64,000 nt of DNA from the human T2T-CHM13v2.0 reference genome, Homo sapiens (GCF_009914755.1 NC_060927.1), one strand, 5' to 3'. Counted from the stretch's first letter, positions 1 through 16,860 are shown. Numbers and translations are program-made. The notes: generated by a model from the sequence alone, not told the origin.

Positions 1-229
1 ACTTTCGAGAAATTTCTGGATCTGAGGAGCCCACATCTATTTCCTTCTTCCCTCACCTGGAATGAGGCAGAGTGCAGGGAATCTCTACTCAGGCACCCAT
101 CTGCTTTGCAAGTCCAATCACGTCCCCTTGGATCCATCTCTTTCTGCCAGTGGGTTGAATTCTTTCTTTCCTTTGGGTTGGATAAGTGCTCTCCTGCCAT
201 TTAGGCATTCTCTACTCTATGGCTTAGAC

Positions 230-395
230 CCTCACTGTTCAAAATGGTCTGCGGACCAGCAGCATGAATGTCGTTGCCTAGGAGCTAATTAGAAATGCAG
301 AATCTCAGGCTCCACCTCAGACCTAATTAACTGAAAGCTGCATTTGACAAGATTCCCAGGTACATGGTAAGCTCATTACAGCTTGAGACACAGCA
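230..395. mobile_element. MER5A-like hAT-Charlie MITE
   Basis: ggaccagcagcat...agaaatgcagaatctcaggctccacctcagacct motif. Confidence 0.7.
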
Positions 396-1010
396 GGTTA
401 AAGATAAACTCCAAAACAGTTCCCTCAATGTGGATCTTCCTCTACAAGGACAAGAAAAATCATCTCTCTTTCCACAAGGCTAGCTATGGCAAATCAAACG
501 TAACTTGGTGTTCAGACTACTGTAATTTTTTAAACTCTGTCTGAAAGCTTTAAAGTGAGCCATTACCCCTTCCACAGAACGAAAGAATGCCTATGAATTG
601 CCAGGAGGAGACCTGCAGAGACAACTAGGAACAACCAGTACTTACCATGAATGAAAATCACATTGGTTAATATTTCAAAAACATTAACTTGCTAAGTGCT
701 CATTTCCAACACGTGATTAAAATCACCTTGAAATAAAGTGAGTACTGAATAACAGAGAGTTGGACACAAAATTAAACTAACATGAGCTGACTGTGGCTCT
801 GAAGTTAATAGCTCCTAATGAGAATTATCTCAATATCCAGGTATTTGAGACAGATCTATTTTCTCTCCTTAACATGTCGAGAGAGTTTGCTCTTGATTTC
901 CAGGAAAACTTCATAATTTATCTTTTCTTTTGTTGTAACCAGTGACTTAATTTCCAGGAATTTTTTTTTTTTTATGGGAGGCAGCCTGATGTAACAGAAA
1001 GACTGGACCA

Positions 1011-1394
1011 TGATACGGTTTAGCTTTGTGTCCCCACACAAATCTCATCTTGAATTCTAATTCCCACATGTCGAGGGAGGGACCTGTAATCCCCATGTGT
1101 TGAGGGAAGGAAGTGATTGAATCATGTGGGCAATTTCCCCCATGTGGTTTTCATGATAGTGAATGAGTTCTCATGAGATCTGATGGTTTTATAAGTGTTT
1201 GGAGGTTCCTCCTTCACTTTTCTCTCTCTCCTGCCGCCTTGTGAATAAGGTGCCTGCTTCCCCTTCTACCATGATTATAGGTTTCCTGAGGCCTCCCCAG
1301 CCATGCAGAACTGTGAGTCAATTAAACCTCTTTCCTTTATAAATTACCCAGTCTCAGGCATCTCTTTATATCAATGTAAAAATGGACTAATACA
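1011..1394 (+). mobile_element. THE1-family (ERVL-MaLR) solo LTR, inserted in a MIR
   Basis: TG...CA termini (tgatacggtttagc...aatggactaataca), attaaacctctttcc motif, near-TSD gacca/ggcca; MIR sequence resumes at about 1395-1550. Confidence 0.85.
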
Positions 1395-2618
1395 GGCCAT
1401 ATGTTTAAATACTTACTTTTGTGACCTTGAAAAGAATTAACCAGCTTCCATATCTTTTAAATGGGGGTAATAATTCTACCTCAGAGGGTCACCATGAGGA
1501 TTAAATGAGATAATACATGTAAAACCACTGGAATGAAACAAGTGCTACCCACCCCCAATCTCTTCTAGGTTTTCGATTCCAGGTGATCTTCTGGACACCT
1601 CCAGATGACTTTCATCCATATATATCTAAAATTGTGCTTGGTTCAACAATAAATCCCATCCTCTCTGATTTAAAATACTGAAAATTCATTTCCAAACATA
1701 TGTTCCAAGTTTCTGCCCTAGTAAAGTGGCAAAATATTTCAATTCTTTTGGTTTATAATACACATTAATGCATCATGGTTACAGTCTTCATCAGGGATGG
1801 CAAGCTTGAGAACCACCTGCAGTTCAGGCAATTTAACTTACGTCAAACCAAACAGCCTCATCCTTATCTGCCCAATGCTAAGGCTCCATTTCCCACCCTG
1901 AATAACTCTAGCAGCTCATATTTCACTGAAGTTACAAAAACAGCAATACTTGAGGAATTTACCAAGCAAAAGGCCATTTTCCATGGCATCACGTTCAAGG
2001 CCAAATTAATGTGTTGATGCTTTCACAATTAGGACAAATATAGAGGATTTGGCACATTTTGCTTTTCGGCCATTGCCTTGCATGTATGACATTCACTCCA
2101 TTAGTCAACTCCAGTCATATTTTCTTTTTTTAAATCTGATTCTAGCACAGAATGAAGTTTATCATCTTTGTCTACAAAAAAGGGGAAATGGACTGCCAGA
2201 GATGTAAAAGCAATTCCCAGCATGTTAGTAATTACAGAGGTTTATCCTGGCTTAAAAATTCTCATCAAGGATTTTTTATTTTTTAGGTTGGAGACATCAT
2301 GTCACAGTACCAGCCACTTCAGTTCACAATGGAGATAATTAGACATATTCAGGGTGACCTTCTCTCTCTTCTGAATGCGTCCCTGTGCTTTCAGACCGGC
2401 AGCTTATACACAATTTTTTAAGTAGGATAATCCTTTCATTCTTCATATCAAGTCATGCACAGAAGCCTGAGAGCAAAAAGGGCAGCCAAACTCCTCTGGA
2501 TGCAGCAGGACTAGGGGGCCAGATGCCCTGCCCTGCTGGGTCTCACCTCACAGCAGATCCTAGACTCTAGGACCCCGCAGTGCACCTTTAAAACTCACTG
2601 ACCAAGATGATCTAGACT

Positions 2619-3180
<562 letters not shown>

Positions 3181-3385
3181 TCACGTGATATTCGAGATGG
3201 AGAAGCAGAATGTATCATAGAGAGTGCCCCAAACTCCACTTTGTACAACTTAAACTTTGATTTATTTTCATTTTACCCCTAAAATTTACCAAAGTAGTTA
3301 ATATAGGAAAATTGTATCTCTTTCATTCACCAGGTAGCTGCTTTGAACCTTAAAACTATGTTTTTCTTTTAATTAATTAATTAAT

Positions 3386-3680
<295 letters not shown>

Positions 3681-4056
3681 CAAAAAACTATGTTTTTCTT
3701 TATAAATCATGATCATCTCAAATGTAATCTTTCACACACAGTGCATTTTAATTCTTGGAAGATGTACGTTCACTGCAATTCTATAGGTCAACCCGCCTTA
3801 CCGCAAAAAATATATTTCATAAATACCATATAAAATTAGGTTGTGTCCCTCCTCTCCTGTGTAAGTAGCCAATTTTATGAAAAATTGAGCAGAATCAAAA
3901 AAGTTTCCTTATAAAAAACATTATATCAGAGTGACTGGGGACACAACAGGTATGGGGGAGGAAACGTGGGTTTTAGAATAAGTTTTGATATAATATCCCA
4001 GATACCCTCTAGGTTATTATATTATATATTTATAGTATGTAATTCTGGTACAGATT

Positions 4057-4101
4057 TGATATGATATGATATGATATGATATGATATGATATGATATATG
4101 A
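4057..4101. repeat. (TGATA)n pentanucleotide microsatellite
   Basis: About 8-9 direct units visible. Confidence 0.9.
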
Positions 4102-6100
4102 TTCTGAAAACAATCAAACAGAGCCCCTGCCCTAAGGGACCATGGAAAGGGCTGCCCAGAAGCCTTGCTTTTTCCATGTGGCCATTCTCAGCAAGCTAGG
4201 CCTGACTGGTACAAGGATGAAAACTGACCCAAGCTGGGCTGCCTCCCAGCTTTTGGCTGGATCTATAAAAGGTAAATTCAAGAGCTATGGGTTGGCTGAT
4301 GTTACCACATAGACCCAAATGCAGAAAAGGCAGGAGAGATGGAACCCCCGATAGGCTCGGGTTCCCACCACCAGCGCTTCCTCAGGGCCAGCAGCACCCA
4401 GCACTTGGATTCCATAAGCTTCCTTTTCAGTGAAAACTCATTTTCTAATGTTGCTAACTAGAGTTTCTTGCAACCACAGAGTCTGAACTTTTCATACACT
4501 GCCCTGCCCCACTTCTCATTCCACCTTTCCAGCCACACTGCTCAGTCTTCTCCAGAGAGAATGAGAATTTGCTCCCTCAGTCCACTTGGTCTGCAAGCGG
4601 GGAAAGCAAGCTCTATGAGAATGTTGTGGGGGACCCTCAGGAAACCACTCCTCCCCGTAAGTCCTGGGACTCTCTGCCACTGCCAAACATCTTCTTATGG
4701 GAAGCAGATGAGAATAACAGACTTTCTATAAAAGTTAAGTGAAAAGCTTACCAAATAAGGCAAAAAAAAGGTTGAATGAGATGTCGCCAAGGGCCCTTAA
4801 TTTCTGTACCAAGTGAAACAATTAAAAAACAGGAGAACATCGCCCCCGCGCCCCAGCCCTGGAACAGCAATTCACAGTGGCTCCCAGGGGCTTGGCTGCA
4901 AGCTCAAGCAGCCCTTCTGTTACCCACCCAGAGCTGTGGGAGGTGGGCCAGCTCTGGGGACAAGCACTGCTCACTTAGTTGAAGCATCCTTCCTTCAGTC
5001 AAACCGAAGATGGCAGATCCAGGTTTGGCTCTGGCCATAATAGCTCCAGAGCCTGTGTTATTAACCGCTATGCTCCACCACTTCCCTCTGGCTTCTCCTC
5101 CTCCCTCCATACCCTGACCTGTCCAACCCATGTTCCACTCCAGATCAGCCTTCCTTAGGAGCAGCTTTATTATCATCACTTTCTTGCTGAAACCCAGCAG
5201 CTGCATCTTGTTCCCAGGCCAATTCTCAGAATGCCAATTTGATTATGTCCCAGCATGACCCACAACCCTTTAGTGGCATGGTCTACCATATCTCACAAAA
5301 TCTTTCTCTAATGCTCCTCTGTGTCCTAATGAAAACCTCTCTCCTTGTCCACTCTATTGGTATTCTCGACAAATTAATTCAGTTCCTTGGTTGCACTAGC
5401 CACTGTTCAAGTGTTCAAGAGTCACACGCGACTGTAACTACCACATTGGACAGCACAGCTCTAAACTTTCCTTGGTTCTTCTAAGGTCCCAGCTCTCTGC
5501 TGCCTCCAGCCTTTTTAAGCTATACCCTCTGTCTTTAGCGGGTTCCCAGTCTCTCTTTCCCAACCCTCTTCTTAAATTCCTTTTGATCCTTCAAGTCTCA
5601 GCTTAAACACAACTAATCCAGGCTTCACAAGAAGCTTTCCTTGCCCTCTCATGCCTAGGTTAAGTAACCCTCTTAAACACTCCAGAACATATTTAATAAT
5701 TGAGATTATTTATATACAATCTGTTATTTCCCATAAGGATACGTACACTATCTTATAAACGGCTCTATCTACACTGTCTAGTGGACAGTCAATAAAGACT
5801 CACTAACCTTATTCTTGTATATAACGTCTACAAGAAGGGGAAGCCTCCCCTACCTTTCACCCTGAACTTCCTCTGATCCTCCCTGCCTCTCCTACACCCC
5901 AGCCATTAAATAAATTGCACAGCTTGTAACTCACTCTCCTCTGGACTCATCCTGTGTTCTCACTCGAGCTTTTCCTGAACTGTGCCCTCTCTGGCTATCC
6001 CATCCCATTTCAGCTCTCAAACTCTGCCCCTTTCAAATGCCACTTCCTACAGGGAGCCTTTAGGATTCTCAACATTGAGCTGAAATTGTTTATTCTTTAC

Positions 6101-6567
6101 TTTTTTTTTAACTTTTATTTTAAGTTCAGGGGTACTTGTGCAGGATGTGTAGGTTTGTTACATAGGTAAACTTGTGTCATGGGGGTTTGTTGTACAGATT
6201 ATTTCATTACTGAGGTATTACGTCTAGTATCCATTATTTATTTTTCCTGATCCTCTCCCTCCTCCCACCTTCCACCCTCCAATAGTCCCCAGTGTGTGTT
6301 GTTCCCCTCTATGTGTCCATGTGTTCTCATCATTTAGTTCCAACTTACAAGTGAGAACATGTGGTAATTTGGTTTTCTGTTCCTGTGTTAGTTTGCTAAG
6401 GATAAGGGCCTCCAGCTCCATCCATGTCCTTGCAAAGGACACGATCTCATTCTTTTTCATGGCTGCATAGTATTCCATGGTGTATATGCACCACATTTTT
6501 TTTATCCAGCCTATCATTGACAGGCATTTAGGTTGATTCTATGTCTTTGTTATTGTGAATAGTGCTA
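6101..6567 (-). mobile_element. 5'-truncated primate L1 (L1PA/L1PB) 3' end
   Basis: Poly-T followed by L1 3'UTR; ORF2 C-terminal remnant WIKKMWCIYTMEYYAAMKKNE; short TSD tattcttt. Confidence 0.9.
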
Positions 6568-8717
6568 TTCTTTGAACTATTTTGTAGACTATGTTTGGAA
6601 TTGCTACTCTTCAAGTGTGTGTCTCCTCCTGCTGGCCCCTGCTGTGTGGCTTGAAGAGCAGGGGCCACATCATCCCAGTACCCAGCACCCACCACTGTGT
6701 CTGGCACATGGCACACACTCAATGAAGGTGAAGTTGTGGGGGACCACTGAATATCAGTCAGAGTCATCAACAAGTGAGGATCTGCTGAGCTTGGATAGTT
6801 AACAAAGATGATGGCAGAAGAGGAACTGCAAAGTAACTATTTGAGTAGCAATGTATTAAAGAGGCAGCAGAGAAAGCTAATGAACCTCTCCAGTATACTT
6901 TTGGCAAACTGATTCTCTTTTAAAAGACAGTAGTGTAAAGGCCAAAGGAGTAACAGATATTCCATCATGGTAGCTGTCAATTTTACTGGAAAAATTATGC
7001 CCTAATGAAAACTGATATTTGAGTTTCATTCTTTGTTCCTTCTAAAAATGAGCACAGTTTCACTTGTCACCTACATTTTGTTAAATGTAAGAGTTAAACA
7101 CTCATTTCATACCATTTAATTTCATTTGCAAGATGAAGGTCCAATCTAAAGTTACTAACTTTCCTCTCATTACATATACAAATTTTGGTCCCCAATTTTG
7201 GTATCAATTGGTTCCAACATGAATATCCTCACATAAGGAGGATCTCCTTCATAGGGATACAGTTGTAATGAATTCCCTGTAACAATTTAACATTCCAAAG
7301 ATTGTCACTTCTTCTTTGGTCTCAAGCCAATTCACCTAGAGCAAAATTATCCTCTTAATACCCACATAGAAACTGGCCAGAGATGTTTTCAGAACAGGAA
7401 GCTCTACAGCAGCAACAAGCAAAGCAAATATAATACTAGCCCATTTCCATTCATCTTACTGCCTTTGGCAAGGAAGAGCCCTTAACATTTCACTCTCAGG
7501 CTTATGTAACTTACAAGATAGTAACTTAAGTTCAAAGTGTTTTTTATTTTTAGTCTGATAATTCAATTCACTTTTGATTTTCTCACTGATTTACAAATAT
7601 AATATAAGAAAGGGTGAGACACTAGCAAGATGGTGGAGTAGGAGACCCCAGCCATCACTTCCCCCATGAAGAGCAACAATTCAGCAACTGTCCATGAAAA
7701 AAAAAAGTGTTTCTGGAAGAGCTTAGCAGTCTACTTAAGTAGCCTCAACAATACAGTGAAATTAAAAAAAAAAAAAAACCATGAGAATCACCTCCCAAAA
7801 ATAATAGGAAGAACAGTTTCATTTTCTCTGCACCAACCCATCTGTCATCTGCCCTATAGCTGTGATCAGCACAGAGAGGAACTCCCTAGCTCCAGCAGCC
7901 CCCCGCAGAGAAAAGGATCAGAAGGGGTTGTTATAAACAACTATATGCCAACAAATTGGATAACTTAGAGAAATAGATAAATTCCTAGAAGCATAACCTA
8001 CCAAGACTGAATCAAGAAGAAACAGAAGGTCTGACCAAACCAATAACAAATATAGACTGATGTAGTAATTAAAAGCCTCCCAACAAAGAAAAGCCCAAGA
8101 CCAGATGGCTTCACTGCTGAATTCTACCAAACATTAAAGAAAGAATTAACAACAATTCTTCTTAAATTCTTTCAAAAATAGAACTAGAGGCAATACTTCC
8201 AAACTCATTTTATAAGACCATGATTATCATGGTACCAAAGCCCAAAAAAGGCACCACAAGAAAAGTATAGGCCAATATCTCTGATAAACATAGAAGCAAA
8301 AATCCTCAATAAAACATGAGCATCCTGAATTTGATAATACATCAAATTATTATACATTGTGACCACAATGTATATCCCTGGGATGCAAGGTTGATTTAAC
8401 ACATGCAAGTAAATTAATGTGATACATCACATTAACAGAATGAGGGCTAAAAACCATATGATCATCTCAATATATGCACAAAAAGCATTTAACAAAGTTT
8501 AACATCCTTTCATGTTGAAAATTCTCAAGAAATTAGGTTAAACAAAGTAGTTTCCTCAGCATAATAAAGGTCACTTATGAGAAGCACACAGCTAATATCA
8601 TACTCAATGGGGAAAAACTAAAAGCTTTTTCCTTAAGATTCCATATAGGGCAAGAATGCCCACTCTTGCCACATCTATCAACGTAATATTGGAAGTACTA
8701 GCAAGATCAATAAGGCA

Positions 8718-9013
<296 letters not shown>

Positions 9014-10017
9014 TCAATAAGGCAAGAACAAGAAAAGGCACTCAAATAGGGAAGGAAGAAGTAAAATTATCCCTATTTGTAAGTAACATGATCCTACATG
9101 TAGAAAGCCCTATAAAGACCCCATAAAAAAACTGTTAAAATAATAGATGAATTCAGTAAAGTTGCAAGATAAAAAAAATCAACATACAAAAACCAGTTGC
9201 ATTTGTCTACAGCAAATATAACCTATCCAAAAAAAAAAAAAAATCAAGAAAATGATCCGATTTACAATTTCAAAAGCAACAAAATAGGAATAAATTTAAC
9301 CAAGGAGGTGAAAGGTCTGTACACTGAAACTATAACACATTGATAAAAGAAATCAAAGAAGACACAAATAAATGGTAAGATATCCCATGTTCATAAATTG
9401 GAATAATCAATATTGTCAAACTATCCATACTATCCAAAGCAGTCTACAGGTTCAACATAATCTCTATTAACATTCCAAAGTCATTTTTCACAGAAATAGA
9501 AAAATAGTTCTATGATTCATATGGAACCATGAAAGACCTCAAATAGGCAAAGCAATCCTGAGGAAGAAAAATAAAGTGGAGGCATCACACTCCCTGACTT
9601 CAAATTATCCTACAAAGCTACAGTAATCAAAACAGTAGGGTACTCACATAAAAACAGACACACAGGCCAATAAAAAAGAACAGAGAGTTCAGAAAGAAAT
9701 CCAAGCATATATGGTCAACTAATTTTCAACAAGGGCACCAAGAAGACACAATGAGGAAAGGACAGTGTCTTCAATAAATGCTATTGGGGAAACTGGATAT
9801 CCATATGCAGAAGAATGAAACTGCACCCTTAACTTACACCATACACAAAAATCAACTCAAAATGAATGAAAGACCTAAAAGTAAGACCTGAAACTGTATA
9901 ACACCTAGAAGAAAATATAGGAAAAAACTTCTTGACATTGGTTGTAGCAATGATTTCTCAGATGAAACACCAAAAACATAAGCAACAAAAGCAAAATAAA
10001 GAAGTGTAACTACATCA

Positions 10018-10822
<805 letters not shown>

Positions 10823-11008
10823 AAATAACCAGATTTTTAAATGAGCAAAGGACCTAAATAGGCATTTCTCCAAATAAGTCAAAAAATAGTCTTCAGGTTT
10901 ATGGAAAGGTGCTCAACATCACTAATCATGATGGAAATAACAAATCAAAACCACAATGAGATATCTCCCCACTCCTGTTGGAATGGCATTAGCAAAAAAC
11001 AAGAGGTA

Positions 11009-11150
11009 GCCAGGTGAGGTGGCACATGCCTTTAGTCCCAGCTACTCGGGAGGCTGAGGTATAAGGACCACTTGAGCCCAGTAATTTGAGGCCAACCTAG
11101 GCAACACAGCAAGACCTTGTCTGTGTAAATAAATAAATAAGCAAACAAAC
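11009..11150 (+). mobile_element. Free Alu monomer (FLAM-like)
   Basis: Single arm with an A-rich tail; TSD aaacaagaggta. Confidence 0.8.
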
Positions 11151-11404
11151 AAGAGGTAACAAATGTTGGCAAGGATATGGAGAGAAGAGAACCCTTAAAT
11201 ACTGTTGGTCAGAATGCAGACTTTTAAATAAAACTACCATATGACACAGCAATCCTTCTTCTAGATATATACTCCAAGGAAATGAAGTCACCACCTCATA
11301 AAGATATCTGCACTCCCACATTCACTGCAGCATTATTCACAATAGCCAAGATATGGGAACAACCGAAGTGTCTGTTGACAGATAAATGGATAAAGGAACA
11401 CATA

Positions 11405-11643
11405 CAGGTTGAGAATCCCTTATCCAAAATGCTTGGGACCAGAAGCATTTTGGATTTCTGATTTTTTTTTCAGGTTTTGGAATATTTGCATTATTCTTAA
11501 CAGTTGAACATCCCAAATACAAAAATCCAAAATCCAAAATGCTCCAATTAGTTTTTCCTTTGAACATCATGTCAGCACTTTAAAAGTTTCAGATATTGGA
11601 GCATTTCGAATTTCAGATTTTTGAATTTAGGATACTCAACCTG
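11405..11643. mobile_element. Tigger4a/MER46A-like MITE
   Basis: TIRs caggttgag(a/t)atcc ... ggatactcaacctg flanked by TA. Confidence 0.8.
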
Positions 11644-11883
11644 TATACACACACACACAGTGGAATATTATTTTGCTTTTAATAAGGAGATCCTGCTATT
11701 TGGGTCAACGTGGGTGAAGCTATAAGACATTATGCTAACTGAAATAAACCAAACACAGAAAGAAAAAGGCTACATGATCTCACTTACATGTGGAATGTTT
11801 TTTAAAAATCAAATACAATAGAAACAGGATAGAAGAATGGTTACGGCAGGAAGCGGGGACAGTGGGTAAAACAGGGAGATGTT

Positions 11884-12247
<364 letters not shown>

Positions 12248-12461
12248 CTAGAGATCTAATGTTCAGCATGAGGACTATAGTTAATAACAATACATATTAT
12301 TAACTATAGTTTTATAGATATATTCCAGTATTGCATAATGGAAATTTGCTAACAGAGTAGATTTTAGGTACTCTTACCACACAGACACAATCAAGAAAGG
12401 TAACTACATGACATGTTGGATATGTTCATTTGCTTGAATATTGTAATCACTTCACAATGTA

Positions 12462-12797
12462 CAGTCAATTCCTGCATCATGATGTCTCGATAAATGACGG
12501 ACCACATATATGACACTAGTACCATATGATTATAATACTGTATTTTTACTGGACATTTTCTATGTTTAGAAATATTTAGATACACCATTGCATTACAATT
12601 GCCTACAATATTCAGTCCAGTAATATGCTGTACAAGTTAGTAGCCTAGGAGCAATTGGCTATACCATATAGCCTAGGTATGTAGGAAGCTATACTATCCA
12701 GGTCTATGTAAGTATACTCTACAATGTTCACGCAATGTCAAATTGCCTAAAACGCATTTCTTAGAACATATCCCCATCGTTAAGCAACACATGATTG
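12462..12797. mobile_element. Tigger3a/MER7A-like DNA transposon in the L1 3'UTR
   Basis: cagtca... start; ...cgcatttcttagaacatatccccatcgttaagcaacacatgattg end. Confidence 0.75.
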
Positions 12798-15082
12798 TGT
12801 ATCAAAACATCATGTTGTATACCTTATATTTATACAATAAAAATAAATAAAAAGCACATATATAAAAAACAAAATAAATATAAGAGAATTCTAAAATTCT
12901 AAAATACATATTTGTTCTAGCCCCTACACACCTTCAGCAAGTAAAAACTTGAGAAATTCTCAGTATTCCAGAATAATACAGAATTTATATTTGCTAACTT
13001 ACAAAATAAATCAACTTTTAATGTGTTATAATTGTTTAATTTGTTATATTATAGTAAGCCTAACTGGTATAAGTGACTTGACTCCCACTTAATCTAAAGC
13101 AAGTCTAATAACTTTTAAATTTCAATTAAACATTGAAAGACCAAAATAGAAGGGCAGGCCAATTTGGTAAAGTTTACTCCCCCAATCTAACAAAACGTAT
13201 CGCTTTACAAGTTCTAATTTTCACCAGCCTTCTCCCAGACCTTTCCACACTATATACTCAGCTGACTTTAACCTGATGTGGAATGTCCCTAAAGTTGATT
13301 GTGCATGACTGTGTATGTATATCAAAACATTATGTGGTACGCCTTAAATTTGTGAGTGAGACCATTCCTATTTTCTAGTAACAATCAGCTAGGTTTGAGG
13401 TTAAAGATACAAATAGGAGGCAAAATTATAATAGAAAAAAAATTTCAGATCCATCAATAAAAAGAAAACAATGGAAATTTCATTAAGTACTAGCACTTTG
13501 GCTAACGTTATAAACATGCAAGATCCTAACAGCTTGGAAAAAATTGTAACACATCCAGCTGTAAAGGATATTGAGAAGAACTGAGAGTTCCAAGCACCAT
13601 TTTGACTAAAAAGCAGTAAAGTCAAGTTACTATTCTGAGGAATTAGATCCTTCCTGGTTCTCATCTCAAATTTATTTCATCACAAGCTTTATTTCACCAG
13701 TGCTGAAACCCACAAGGAGCTACCTAAACTCACTGGCACCACAACTATCTAGAAGTCCTATCTTAGATGATCCAAATTCAACACACTAAGACACACTCAA
13801 TTTCCTCATGGGTGAGTCTGCTCAGACCCTCCTCTGCATAATTTTAACAAGCTTGGCAATCTAACTCCCAGCCTAAAGAAAATTAACAAACAAAAGCTGA
13901 AATGTGAGAAAAGTGCTACAGACACAAATATTGTCAAAAGTGAGAGGTGATGTCTTAGCAACATAGGAGGAACTAGGGGAAAAAAACACAAAACACCAAA
14001 AGTGGACATTAAAAGTTCATCTGAGACCACTTAGGAAGGAAGCAAATAACCCTATATTCCCAAATACATCTAAAGGCACCCACCCCTTCACAGGAAAGAG
14101 TAATAATAGACATGGTTAATCATGACCCTCAGCTATGAAGAAAAGGCTCCAATCTGCTCAGAACGGTCTATGTGTTAAGAAAGCCAGGAAAATTCAAATA
14201 GTTGTAATTTATAAAGATTTCACTCAGAGTGGTTAATCAGTTTTGAAAGTGTTGACACTTAAAGGGTGAGGCTCTGGTCACTTGGGGAGTAGTCTTATAA
14301 AAAAAAGCTCCTTTTTCCCACCCCATCAGTTAATGAAGCACTGCATATGGACGCTCCACATTGGAAGCCGTTCCAAGGACAGCATTCCAAAGTCAGCTAT
14401 AACAACAAACAGCAGATGTCCAGAAAGGCACAGATATCTCCTCCCTACACCCAAACCATTTAAGGAGGAGGAAAAAATAGACCATAAAATGTGTGACCAG
14501 ATAGGCATAATTGTCAATTAGCTGAAAAACAAATCTCTAAGTTTCCAATGAGGGCACAAGAGCACCTAAAAAAAAAAAAGAAAGAAAAACAACAAATCAT
14601 TCTAATTTTTACAAAAAAATGAACCAAATAAATTTTTCCTTGAACAACTGCCAGGCCTACAGGCAGATCTTCCAATACAAAATGATCAAACCTGAAGAAT
14701 TTTCCCAAGAGAGTAGATACTTCCAAACAGCAAATTTCCATTTTAAAATAAGCACATTTATTGCCATTTTTCCAGTTTCCAGAATGTGTATGGTTGTTAA
14801 ATATTAAATTCTAGTTTTTAAATTCCGGTAATGGAGGAAGGATAGCCCATATTTAGGGTGGGGCCATGTGAGGGATGAATACCCCCAAATTAATAAAATC
14901 TGTCAACTTGGCAAAGACCAGAACTGAGATCTATCTGGATGAAATGTGACTATCATGGCCAAATCTGAGCTGTAGTGTGTTTCCCACCAGCATGGCAGGC
15001 TATTTGTGTATTCATTTATAATTTTTTCATTTCTTCTACAAAGACTCTGTGGAAGATCTATGGCTGAAAACAAGGCCTATAA

Positions 15083-15412
<330 letters not shown>

Positions 15413-15589
15413 CCAGCCTTGTACTTTCTTCACACATTTTCTTTACGTTGTGAAAAACTTAAGTGGGAAAATCACACTCTCATTCAAACTGTTCAAAATA
15501 CAGGTAACAATGCCAAGGAAGATGAAGCAACCCAGTGGTTCCCACTTTATCCATTCTTTGTCTCTGTCAGGGCATGCACCCTAGTCCTC

Positions 15590-15699
15590 TAGGGTGATGA
15601 ACTCCTCCTGGTTTTCCCAGGATTTCCCCAGCCTTAATGAAAGTCTCATATCCTGGGAAACCCCTCACTCTCAAGCAACTGGGACGGTTGGTCATCCTA
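15590..15699. mobile_element. MER96-like hAT MITE
   Basis: Imperfect TIRs tagggtgatgaac ... gttggtcatccta. Confidence 0.6.
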
Positions 15700-16003
15700 C
15701 AGGAGCAATGACATCCACGTGGGCAGCACCTGGAGATATGGTTATGCACAGTCCCTTGGGAAATATAACTGAATTCAAGCAAGTAGGAGTCTCTTGTTCA
15801 TATCTGGGTTCAAATCTCATCCCTTCTGCTTCCCAGCAGTGTGAACTTAAACTCTCTAGGCCTCAGTTTCTACAGCTATAAGATAGAGATAACAGAACCT
15901 TACACAAGGAATTATATGAGAATTAAGTACAATCACGGGCCCAAACTAAACTTTCTATTATATAAGCCATCTAGTAGCATTAGCTATTATCTCCATCATC
16001 ATT

Positions 16004-16396
16004 ATTTTTTAACTTTTATTTTAGGTTCAGGGGTACATGTGCAAGGTTATTATATAAGGAAATTGCATGTTGCAGGGGTTTGGTGTACAGATTATTTCAT
16101 CACCCAGGTAATAAGCTTAGTACCCAATAGGTAGTTTTTTGATCCTCACCCTCCTCCCACCTTCCACCCTCAAGTAGGTCCCAGTGTCTATTGTTCCCTT
16201 CTTTGTGTCCAAGTGTACTCAGTGTTATAAGTGAGAACATGCAGTATTTGGTTTTCTGTCCCTGCATTAGTTTGCTTAGGATGATGGTCTCCAGCTCCAT
16301 CCATGTTGCTGCAAAGAACACAATGTTCTTTTTTATGGCTGTGTAGTATTCTGTGGTGGATATGTACCAAATTTTCTATATCCAGTCTACCATTGT
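16004..16396 (-). mobile_element. 5'-truncated primate L1 3' end
   Basis: L1 3'UTR and ORF2 tail (FAATWMELETIILSK); 15-bp TSD tccatcatcattatt. Confidence 0.9.
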
Positions 16397-16860
16397 CCAT
16401 CATCATTATTATATATAATCATAAAGTTTAGATTTAGCACATTATTTGCAGATTTCATGACCTTAATTATTATTAAGAACAAATTGTTACCTCCAGATCT
16501 AACAATTAATGCTCACACTTGGGAACTCTGCTACATTCACCACTATAAAAATGACATCACCACCAAAATAAAAATCCATGTGAGACCCTTCTTCGCAATT
16601 CAAAGTAACCAACCTGGGCACACCAAAACCAAATAAAAACAACCCCAAAAGTATATCACTTGAACAAAAAAAGTAGATTTTCCTCCATCTCATTCGCTGT
16701 CAATAATTGCTTTCTCTCTTTCCTGCTCTGCCTATCTAGAAGAGTCCCATTATCAGCATCACCAAGGCTGTTGCCTAAATAGGCCAGGTTGAAACCACCA
16801 TTTTCCCTTCCTTGGTGACTATTCAGATGCAATTCTATGTGAAACTACAGACTCCATCTA

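Noticed and set aside
638-700. Strong minus-strand donor ATG|gtaagt
   Set aside because: No convincing upstream pyrimidine tract or acceptor, and no ERC2-like peptide.
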